A program made the position numbers and the translations under genes. From Eledone cirrhosa (Eukaryota): a stretch of DNA of 64,000 bases. Below the pieces are notes generated by a model, which ran no database searches, had not been told where the DNA came from, and saw only the letters and a list, made by a program, of their open reading frames with translations. The DNA lies in NCBI GenBank assembly GCA_964016885.1, contig OZ024743.1, positions 161,510,001 to 161,574,000 on the forward strand, written 5' to 3'. Of this stretch, positions 27,601-38,936 are shown piece by piece. How positions within the stretch are numbered: position 1 is the first letter of the stretch; each line of letters begins with the position of its first letter.

Positions 27601-29256
27601 GCCATCTGGTCAGTGGTCAAAGTTAATGGCCACCTCTCGGAACCATTTCAGGTCTCCCGATCGGTCCGGCAAGGGTATCCTCTCTCGTATTGACTCTCGA
27701 GCCTTTACTGCGGAAACTGGAGATGTTGCAGGGTGTCCCACTTGAACCGGGATGCGGAAAGGCTGTGTCGGCTTATGCGGACGACATCATCTTGATGGTG
27801 TTGGACACCTCAGAAATCAAGGCGGACGGCAACTTATTGGAGGAATATGAAAGGTTGACGGGAGTAAAACTTAACCCGGAAAAGAATTGGGACGATGTGA
27901 CGGGCAGGGTAGCCAGTCTCACCCACAAATGGGCTGCGAGGAAGCTATCACTGAAAGGTCGGGCGGAGGTGGCGAACACGTACATCACGTCCGTCATCTA
28001 CTACCGCCTGACCGTCGTCCCTTGCCCCCGTTTGGCCTCACCAACTTGGAGCGGCTCCTCTTCAAATTCTTGTGAAGACGTCAGGTTCCGTTGGTGAGGC
28101 AGTCCATCTGCTGCCGGCACCCTCTACATGGAGGGCTGGGCATGCCGTGGCTAATGATGCGCAGACACGCGCTGAGGCTGCGGCATTTCCAGATATTCTG
28201 CCTAAACGGTGAACACATGTGGTCGCCATTTCTCAGACAGCATCTCCAGATATTCTGCCTAAATGGTGAACAGGTGTGGTCGCCGTTTATCAGACGGGCC
28301 TTTCCGCAGCTCGTCTCTTTCACTGAGCTGCAGTCCTGGGTCAAGAAGAGACCGAGACTGGGTGACTGGCATCTGGAATGTTGCCAGGCACTCACTCCCC
28401 TCTACCAGGCAGGCAATGCGGTCAGTGGAACTTCCACTCTCGAGTTCTATAGAGGATTAGTGGTGGGCAAGTGCGATGACGCACTCGGAGAGGCTCTGGG
28501 AGTCAACGAAGTCGAACTAACCAGTCTGTACCGGAAGACTTTCGAGCCGGGGACGATGGATAATTTCCAAAAATGCCTCATTTGGCACTGCCAGTTCAAG
28601 GTAAACTCTACAGACAGAAGTGCTGTCAGACGGACCTGCCCGAGATGCGCGCAGAGCAATGAAACCGTTCTGCACGCACTCGTCCAGTGTCCGTGCATTA
28701 CTGACTTGTGGAGTTATGTCGAACAGCTGTTGTCGCGTGTAGATCAGATCCGGCTATCGGCTGAGTCCATAGTGAAGATCGACCCGCCGCCTTCTTTTGG
28801 CCAGGAAGGGCAGGAAATGTTCCTGTCTGGTGGCAGTATGGTGGACAAGGTTGAAAGGACTGAAGACAGACACTTTTCTCTTCGGCCAATCCCTCATCAA
28901 CTTTTTCAAGTTTCACCTGGAAAGGAAGGTGAGGGTGGAGAGAAAAGTGTTGCCCCCCAGTACATTTGCTGAAAGGTGGTAGAATGGCCCATGTGAGTGG
29001 GCCTACTGTGATGATACGCCTGTAGGCGGGTGAATTTGAAGAGGAGAGGGTGCCCTTCCTGGGTGCTCTCGAAGCGGCGGGTGGTTCGGGATTGGTGGGG
29101 TACCTGAGTGAACTCTGGGTGGTCATCCCCCCTATTTGGGAGTCTTTCTTGTTGTATTTTTATTGTTATTTATATCCCCACTGTCCCAGTCTTTCGTATT
29201 CCCTATATGTCGACCCTTGTGGCCAATAAATGAAATCATTATTATTATAATTATTA
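24640..29256 (+). mobile_element. Near-full-length decayed Tx1/L1-clade LINE: ORF1 with Zn knuckle; ORF2 with APE, RT and C-terminal Zn finger
   Basis: RPHCFSCGEKTH at about 25130; IRVGCLNVRGL at about 26030; YLDRFL and SDH APE motifs; GPGYWKLN; PVTLLNTEFKILAK; AYADDI; CPRC...ETVLHALVQC; AATAAA plus (ATT)n tail. The 5' boundary is approximate. Confidence 0.88.
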
Positions 29257-29257
29257 A

Positions 29258-29450
29258 TGGTGGTGGATTGGCAGTATCGGTAGAGAGTCGGACGCCATGC
29301 TTTGCATCAAAGAGTTACGGCCCTTTATAATCTGAGTTCAAATCCCGCCGAGGTTAACTTTGCCTTTCATCCTTATGAGGTCGATAAAATAAAGTACCAG
29401 TAATGCACTGGGTAATTGCTGGCCTTGTGCCAAAAGTAGAAACAATTATT
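29258..29450 (+). mobile_element. tRNA-derived SINE with (ATT)n tail
   Basis: A and B boxes; same family as 14146 and 62808. Confidence 0.85.
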
Positions 29451-29651
29451 ATTATAATTATTATTATTATTTCCATTATTATTTTTATTGCGCATCATTA
29501 CTGCTTTACTGAGCACAGCTCTGTGTGACTTGGGTATGAGCAGTGTAGTTTTTGCTGATGTTTCTATTGTATTGAAAGTACTTTTTGTAATATGCCTCAA
29601 AACTGTCTTATCAATATCCAGTTGATCCTTGGTTCCCTGGGACTTCTCCCT

Positions 29652-32600
29652 TATTATTATTGTGTTATTTTGTTTAGCTCAGTTCTGTTTCTCTTTTACT
29701 GGGTTCAGGCCTTGAACCTAGAGCAATAGATGCTTTCATTGTAGAGAGAGAACTCGTCAGAGAATGTGTGCTGTTCCTAGTAGCCCAATCTTCTGTAGCT
29801 CATATTTACTGATCTTGCAGGGAAGGAGGCTAAGGTGCAGGTCTGAGTATTGGGGTATTAATCCTAATGCTCCTATTACCACAGGGATAGTGTTTGTAGT
29901 CATCCTCCACATGCGGTTGATCTTTATTTCCAGGTCTTTGTATTTTGACAGTTTTTCCATTGTTTTTATAGATGTATTCTTGTCAGATGGTATGGAAATA
30001 TCTATAAGGCTACACGTCCAATCTGTTTTTGTTTTTTATGATATCTGGTCTGTTGGCAGCGATTTCTCGGTCAGTTTGTATCAGCGATTTCTTGGGCAGC
30101 CAAGATGAAGCCTTCACTCTCCGCCTTTAGCCCTGAACTATGTAGCCACTGATGGGTGTGCTTTTGGTCAACATCAGCTTCTTTGCTACGGGCCATATAT
30201 TTGCCATGCAGAGGTTTCTGCTCCCAATTTGATGCTAATTGTCCTTGCCCTTTTGCTTTTGCCAGTGATTTTATGTGCCTAGCAGCATCAGTTGCATCAC
30301 TTTCTTTAGTGTGTCCAGCCTGTGTATCAAGCATGAGATCAGTAGCATATGTTTTGCTCTCCTTCAAGATAGAATGAAGCTTCTTACTTCTCTCATGCTT
30401 TTCAACAAGTTTCAGCATACAGTCGTTAGTTGTTTCAAGGTATTTGGCCAGTCCAATGATGTTGGTCTTATAAGCAAGTTCAAATTGGATCAGGCCACGG
30501 CCTGCCTGAGTTCTAGGAAGGTAAAGACGATCCACATCTGCTTTTGGGTGGTGCATCATATTACAGGTCAGTAGCTTACTGACTTTGGTGTTGATTCTTT
30601 TGATTTTACTCATATTCCAGTTCAACACACCGAAGCTATAAGTCACAACTGGGACTGCCAAGGAATTTATGGCTAGCACCTTGTTACAAGCATTTAGTTC
30701 TGATCTCAGAACAGCACGTACTCTCCTGTAACATTCTTTCCTTATCCTCTCTTTCATACTTGCATGCTGTATGCCAGAGCCCTCATTAATCCCTAAGTAT
30801 GTATAGTTTTGTTCCTGCTCAAGTTCCTTTATGATTGTTTCAGCATCAAGTTCAACTGAGTCTGAGTTGACAAGCTTCCCCTTCTTGAAAGTGGCTTTTG
30901 CACACTTGTCAAGTCCAAACTCCATCCTGATGTCATCGCTAAACGATTTTACTGTCTGCAAAAGGCCTTCCAGTTCGTCATTATCTTTGCAATATAGCTT
31001 CAAATCATACATATAAAATAGGTGGTTTATTTTTTGTTGTCAATTCTATAACCGTACCCTGTTCTATTAAGTTCGGATGTAAGGGGTATTAAAGCTATGC
31101 AGAAAAGCAAGGGTGAAAGTGAGTCACCCTGGAATATACCACAGTTGATGTTTATATTACTAGAGCAGAGTACCCCAGTGGAATGAGACAATTGGAGATT
31201 TGTGTTCCATAATGACTTATTGTGTTTCAGGAAGTTTGAGATCACAGGTGAGATTTTGAAGATGTCCAGTGATTTCAGAATTCATGAGTGTGGTATGCTG
31301 TCAAAGGCTTTTTAATAATCGATCCATGCAGAACTGAGATTTCTGTGTTTATTATGACAGTTCTCAAGGATCATACGGTTAATCAAAAGTTGATCTTTGC
31401 AACCATATGAACCTCATCAGCACCCTTTTTGTTCAATGGGGAAAAGATTGTTCTCCTCCAAAAACACATATGCTTTTTCCATGAGAATAGAGGTTAATAG
31501 TTTATAAGTGGTGGACAAGCAGGTTATGGGCCGATAGTTTTTTTTATCTTTGGTTTCGTTGTTCTTTGGTAGAAGGTAAGTAATGCCACTTGCTATCCAA
31601 TCAGGTGTATTTTGGGGATCTTTCATAATTCAATTAAACAGCTTGACCAATATATTGTGAGTGCATGGGAGTGAGGAAAGCCAGAAATTTGGCACCCTGT
31701 CTCTACCAGGAGATTTCCATTTATGAGATTTATTGGGTGCTGTCCTTAAGTCCGCTATAGAGATGTCTTCCCACACCTGTTCTTCTAAATTTGTGTATGA
31801 TTTTTCCAGGCGACTAATCCAATCTACATTAGCATTATATGTCTTCTCATCACTCCAAATCTTACTCCAAAAGTTTTCAACGTCTTCAATAATTAATTTT
31901 TTTCTTCCCTACTTCTCTATAAAATGACTAGGCATTGGATGAGAACAACTTATTTTGCCTGTAGAAGTTGTTTCGCTTCTCGAATCTACGAATTTGTTGG
32001 GCTTTTACTTGGACTTTTTGTTTCCGAGATTCTTTTGTTGAAACTACTGCTTCTCTAGAAGACAGTCCATATTTTCTCCTTAGCTTTTTTACCTTCTTGG
32101 TTCTTATATCATTTCCAGCGGTTAACTCACTCAATAAAGATATTTTTCCTCTCATTACGTCAATCTCCTTTTCGATTCTACTCCTCCAAATTGATTTACC
32201 TCGAAGGTTCGACTTTTTTTCTTTTATTGGTGGTAAACAACTTGTTTCAATTACTCTAGCAAATGCATAAATGATTTCATTTAACTCAGTAAGATCAGGT
32301 TCTAGTTCTTCTATGATTTCTTTTGTCATAGAATTACCAATCATTATTTGTTTTCTATTTTGGATTGTATTTGGGAGTTTTTGAAGTGGTTCTCTATCAT
32401 TTATACTAGAATGTCTTACTACTGCAAGCTCATTCAGTATTTTTTGCTTTAATTCCTTCATAGTCTCCCTGTGTTCTTCAGCAGACGTTTGGTTTTTAAT
32501 TACTGTTTCTAAGTCCCTCTCCTGGCTATTTTCAGTGGGTTTAATAGGGCTTCTCATTTCTACAAACCTATTTGTGATTTTGTCAGATGGCGGTCTTTCA

Positions 32601-33200
32601 GTAAAGTCTTGTAACTGGTTACTATCTCCAGGAGATTCTTCAGTTCTTTCATCATTTATATTTATGTCATTCTCCACAGCCTGCTTGATTGCATTTAGTT
32701 CAGTGTCTGTGAGTCTATTATTTCTGAAGATATACCTCCTTACATTTGCCAACTTATTTCCATCCATATCACGTCTGCTAGCTTGATTCCGAGTTTTCCA
32801 GATTTTGTAGGAGTTTAAAGTGATGGCTTACCTAATGCATAGTAATATGCATATATTACTTCTTTATACTCTTCTCGGGTCCATTTCATCCTTTTAGGTT
32901 TTTCTTTTTGAGGTAGTTTGGGTGTTAGTAATTTCTACATCAAAGACAGACATCTGATAGGCATATAGTTGGTAGCATCATTTTCCTTGACTTGGTCTTT
33001 CATTATTAGAACCATGGTATCTTTTGTCAAAATCTATGTTACTTCACCCTACACCAAGCAGTCATGAGCTTCAGTAACTGGTGGAAAGTTTTTATATTTG
33101 TAATCCAATATCCTTGCACAGCATCCAGACCTGGTGATTTTCAATTGTTTAATTTATTGCCCTGCTTTTTAAGGGTTTCAACCAAGATACATAAATCAAG
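29652..33200 (-). mobile_element. R4/Dong-like RLE non-LTR retrotransposon (family A), near full length, frameshifted
   Basis: N-terminal KWTREEYKE and LANVRRYI motifs; NYRPITCL, GIFQGDSLSPLLF, FGLDKC, RLYLPR..GRGL, NRPDI and KLSKYKDL...LGTAHIL; 3' end abuts (TAA)n. Confidence 0.88.
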
Positions 33201-33221
33201 TTGTTGGTGTGCTTGTTCGTT

Positions 33222-33425
33222 GAATTGGCAGTATCGGTAGAGGGTCGGACGCCATGCTTTGATGCATAGAGTTACGGCCCTTGCCATTCTGAGTTCAAAT
33301 CCCGCCGAGGTTAACTTTGTCTTTCATCCTTACGGGGGTCGAAAAAATAAAGTACCAGTAATGTATTGGGTAATTGCTTGCCTTGTGCCAATAGTAGAAA
33401 CAATTATTATTATTATTATTATTAT
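33222..33425 (+). mobile_element. tRNA-derived SINE with (ATT)n tail
   Basis: A and B boxes; shares diagnostic variants with the 29258 copy. Confidence 0.85.
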
Positions 33426-33850
33426 CATTATTTCCATTATTATTTTTATTGTGCATCATTACTGCTTTACTGAGCACAGCTCTGTGTGACTTGGGTATGA
33501 GCAGTGTAATTTTTGCTGATGTTGTTTCTATTGTATTGATAGTACTTTTCTAATATGTGTGCAGTGCCTAGTAGTGCTATCTTTTGTATGCTGTATATAT
33601 TTGTAAGTCCTGGGGTTTTGGCTATGTCTGTGTGTTTTTTATCATTCCTAGAGCACCTGTTATTATAGGTGTTGTTTCTGTTTTCATTTTCCCTATTTGA
33701 GTTATTTCTATCACTAGATCTTTATATTTGGAGAGTCTGTGGGGATAGATACATCTATTAGAAGGCATTTTTTTATTTGTGGTCTTTGGCTATAATATCT
33801 AGTCAGTTGGCCTTGATCTCTCTGTCAGTATGTATTGGCATATCCTAGAG

Positions 33851-34278
33851 CAAAGGTTTTCAACCCATTTTGCCCCTCGAAATCACGAAACGCTCCCTAC
33901 CCTATTTTTCCATTTTTCAAAAATATTTGATCTCAGTCGAAAAAGCTTTTTTTTTTTAAATTCTATATTTCACTGTTAGCTGTTGTAATATTTTGAGTGG
34001 ATAGACAATTGAAACTGTAAAGTCAAAATACAAAAGATGCAAGATATGAAGAATTTCTTACTTTTCTCTGAAATCACAAACTCAGGGGAAAAATAGTACT
34101 TTGCAAAATAAAATACCTCGTAGCAAAATAAAATACTTAGTAGCAAGGACGGAATTGAGAAGCTTGGCGACTAAGAAAGCAATATCTGTATCCCTTATAT
34201 ATATATATATATACATAGATATCCCTTATATATATACATAGATATATACACACACAGATAAATGTGCACGCACACACG

Positions 34279-34318
<40 letters not shown>

Positions 34319-37300
34319 TACACACAGACACACACAAATTTGTTTTGGTACAGAAAGAATTTCGTCTCCAGTTTTTATTGCCAGGTCAAAGGCCACTGCT
34401 CTTTTCAACAACACCAAATAACAACGCCATATATATATATATATATATAAATGAAGAGAGAAAGAGGGGGAAGAGAGAGTAAGAAATGTGTGTGTGTGTT
34501 TGGTAAACGTCTATCTATCTATCTATCTCCAACAGGGGGCTCAAACATGGTAGACCAGATTGAAAAAAGAAAATATATGTGTGTGCGTGTATAATATATA
34601 TATATCGCGGATATATATATACCGCGGATGGCTAACAAAACCCATCTCCCTCACACACACACACCCCTGCGCCCCACCCTCCAAAACTTCAGAGTTGGTT
34701 CCATGAATGTAGGCACCTTAAAAGGTCGCTCTAACGAGGTTGTAGAAATGCTTGAACGTAAGGGGGTCGATGTTTGCTGTATTCAAAAGACCAGGTGGAG
34801 GGGTGGGTCTGCTAGATTCATTGTGGGTAAAAAACGATGCTATAAGCTTTTCTGGGTGGGAACTGACAATGGGCTGGGTGGAGTAGGAATCATGGTAGCA
34901 GAAAAGTGGGCAGATAAGATAATAGACGTAAATAGAGTGAACAACAGAATAATTAAAATAAGACTTGGCCTCAATAGAACCACTGGGACAATAATATCTG
35001 CATATGCACCCCAATCCGGACTGCCTGGTGTTATAAAAGACAGATTCTATGAGTCGTTAATGCTCACTACCGCCCAAATAACCGACAGTGACTAATTATC
35101 GCTGGCGACCTAAATGGCCACGTTGGACAACATTGTGATGGCTATGACGGAATCCATGGAGGCTATAGGTTTGGTACTAGAAATGAGGAAGGCTCCAGAA
35201 TCCTGGAATTCTGTGACGCAAATAACCTAACTATCTGTAACACTAACTTCAAAAAAACGAGACAATCACTTGATCACCTATAGATCAGGGAAACACACCA
35301 GCCAGATAGATTATATCCTTACCAGAAGACGTGACAGAGTGTCTGTTGTAAACACTAAATCCCTCCCCCATGAAGAATGCACCTCTCAACATAGACTCAT
35401 AATTAGCGACCTCATGGTCAGGACGAGACATACTCGACAACAGAGGAGGACTATCCTCAGGAGAAAAATATGGAAGCTAAAGGACCCCACAGCCAGTAAT
35501 AAATTTAAAAGCATATTACTTGATGCTTTTGATAGTAAGGAAGAGCAATTGGAGTCATACAATATAGAGGAACAGTGGGAATTCCTGAAAGGCGACAGAT
35601 GAAATCTGTGGCTGGAGCAGACCTATAGGCAGGAGAAGAGTATCTTGGTGGTGGAACAGTAAAGTGAAGGAATCAATCAAGGCCAAAAAGCAGGCTTGAA
35701 AAGCATGGCGGGATGGGGGAAGTAGAGAAGACTATCAATTGGCCAGGAGGGAAGCTAGGAGACAAGTATACTTCGCAAGAAGGGAAGCAGAGGAAAGAAA
35801 GTTCAAGCATGTTCTACAATGCGAGGACCAAAAACGTGAGGTGTTCAGGATTGCTAGGCAATGTGTCAAGGAAAACCGTGATATTGTCGGGGAGAAGTGT
35901 GTCCTTAATGATGATGGTGTACTTGCCATCACTGACACTGATAAGAAGGTAGCTTGGAAGTGTCACTACGAAAGGCTACTAAATGAGGAGAATAAATGGG
36001 AGAAAGACAGTCTCCCCCACATCGATCCAATAGAGGGACCAGCAGTGCAAGTCGAAGGTAGTATAATAAGTAAGGCGATCAAAGATATGAAGACAGGCAA
36101 GGCGGCTGGGCCTTCGGAAATAGTTGCTGAAATGCTGAAAGCATCTGGAATGGTGGGACACACTATGGTCACCCGGATAGTAAACCAAGTCATACAGAAT
36201 GGGGTCGTTCTGAAGGACTGGCGTAGCAGCATCATCATTAACTGCTACAAGGGTAAAGGAGATACCCAAGATAGGGGAAACTATAGAGGCATTAAATTAA
36301 TTGACCAGGTCATGAAGGTCACAGAAAAAGTAATAGTGCAACTAATCAGAGAGCGAATTGATCTAGATGAAATGCAGTTCAGGTTTGTGTCAGGTAAAAG
36401 TACAACAGACGCTCTTTTCATTGTATAACAACTACAGGAGAAGTACCTAGCTAAAAGTAAACCCCTATACTTAGCTTTTGTCGACTTGGAGAAAGCCTTC
36501 GACAGAGTCCCCCGTTCCATTATCTGGTGGGCTCTTAGAAAACTAGGTGTTGATGAATGGCTTGTGAGAGCTATACAAGCCATGTATAAAGAAACAGTCA
36601 GCAAGGTTAGAATTAACAACGAATATAGTGAAGAGTTTAGCGTAAAAGTTGGTGTTCATCAGGGCTCTGTCCTTAGCACCCTACTATTTATTATTGCCCT
36701 TCAGGCTATAACAGAGGAGTTCAAGACCGGCTGCCCATGGGAACCCCTATACGCAGATGATCTAACGCTCATAGCTGAATCAATGGCTGAACTAGAGAAG
36801 AAATTCCAAACATGGAAGCATGGCCTAGAATCAAAAGGCCTTAAAATTAGACTTAAAAAAGACTAAAGTTCTAGTTTGTAGGAAGGAAAATAGGGCACTC
36901 GTTCCATCTGGGAAATGGCCATGCTCAGTGTGTAGGAAAGGAGTAGGCAGAAATTCCATTTTGTGTCCCAAATGCAAAGTATGGGTGCATAAAAGATGTA
37001 GTGTGATCACAGGTAAGCTAACTAAGAATATAGATTTTATACGTGGCCGGTGCTCAGGTGCAATAAGTAGCAGCAAATGCCCACAGAATACTAGCTCATT
37101 CCATTGCACAAATGGTTCTATAGAAATAGTGGACACCTTCCATTACCTGGGTGACAAAATCAGCAGTGGTGGAGGGTGCTCTGAAAGTACAGTAGCTAGA
37201 GTCAGAACGGGATGGAAAAAGTTCAGAGAGCTTATACCACTATTAGCCGCTAAAGGGTTCTCTCTAAAAATGAAAGGCAGGCTGTATGATGCCTGCATAC

Positions 37301-38490
37301 GAACAACAATGTTACATGGCAGTGAGACTTGGGCATTGTGTGCAGAGGATATACGCAGACTGGAGAGGAATGAAGCTTGCATGCTCCGTTGGATGTGTAA
37401 TAGTAATACATGAACGGCAAAGCATAAATGAACTCAGGGAGAAATTAGGAATAAGAGGGATCAGATGTTGTTTACTCGAGAGAAGACTACGTTGGTATGG
37501 TCACGTGATGCGCATGAAAGACGACAGCTGTATAAAAAAGTGCAGGCCAATAAAAATAGACAGTAGTCACGGAGTAAGCGGACCAAGAAAAACCTGGGAC
37601 GACTTGATAAATTCCGACCTCACACACTTACACCTCTCCAAGACAATGTCACTGGACCGAGATCTTTGGCGCTTCACAATAATACAGAAGACCCGCCTTG
37701 CCTAAGTATAAAGCGAAACCTACAGTCAGTAGGCACCTCTTAACAAAAATACACCCCGTCCCACTACCCCCACTTCATCCACACCACCCTTTTCAATGTA
37801 AAGTTATGTTGGTACCACAACATTAAGTCCGAAATAAATGAGGTCGTGTAGGTGTCACGACAAAAAAACACACAGTCCATGCTGTAATGTGGTCGTGTAG
37901 GTAACACGGTAAAAAACTTCCCAGTCCACAATGTAAACGTGGTTGGTGTTAGGAAGGGCATCCAGCTGTAGAAAACCCGCCAGGCAGTCCTATACAAGCA
38001 AGACAACCAATCTTGCCTCAAGTGGGAAAATTCCCATCCAAACCCATGCAAGCGTGGAAGATGGACGTTAAACAATGATGATGATGATGATATATATATA
38101 TATTATACACACATATATATATTCTTACACACTTAAATATAAATGTATATATATACAAATGTATAAATGCATAGCTATATACATACGTAAATGTATGTAT
38201 GTATGTAGATTTATATATATATATGTGTGTGTGTGTGGATTTATATATATATATATGTATGTATGTAGATATATATATATATACATACATACATACATTT
38301 ACGTATATATATAGCTATGCATTTATACATTTGTATATATACATGCATTTATATTTATGGTTTGTTTTTTTTGGTAAGGAGAAAATTCTGTCTCCAGATT
38401 TTATTACCTAGGGAGATTAAATAACACAGCTCTGGCTTAAAGCTGACCAGGTTCTCAACCTCATCAAACACTAACGCAGGCCTGTGTGTG

Positions 38491-38536
<46 letters not shown>

Positions 38537-38936
38537 CGTATGCATGTTCATATGTATGTATATGTATACACCCACACCTTTCACCACCATTGCTTCTTTT
38601 TGTGGTCATTCTGTTGTCAAAGTTGAAGTTGTCCTTATGTTCATTTTCTTTGATTTCTTTCATTTTCATTTATCTCCCTAGGGAATTCGTTGACAAGCTT
38701 CATTTATTTTTTTTCTTCGTTTTCTTCATTCAAATGCATTCACACTGGCTGTCTCGGAGACCTACAAATACTCACTTATAAAACTTACCAAACTAAAAAA
38801 CTAAAGGGGCTTCCAGCCCCTCCCCCAAAGCTTCAAAGGCCCCTAACGTCTCCTTGCTCCCAAACGCCCCCCAGAGCTCCGAAACGACCCCGGGGGGCAT
38901 ATGCCCCCCCCCCCCCCCCCCCGTTGACAACCTTTG
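33851..38936. mobile_element. Non-autonomous hAT (Charlie-like) DNA transposon, 5086 bp including a nested LINE
   Basis: TIRs CAAAGGTTTTCAAC / GTTGACAACCTTTG (13 of 14 match); perfect 8-bp TSD TCCTAGAG at 33843-33850 and 38937-38944. Confidence 0.88.
34628..38090 (+). mobile_element. Near-full-length RTE-clade LINE (APE-RT-PHD-like-thumb, 3' UTR, (GAT)n tail) with a few stops and frameshifts
   Basis: FRVGSMNVGTLKG, SQIDYIL, NYRGIKLI, EKAFDRVPR, GVHQGSVLS, YADDL, FHYLG, MLHGSETW, RRLRWYGHVMR; flanked by TA microsatellite. Confidence 0.93.
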
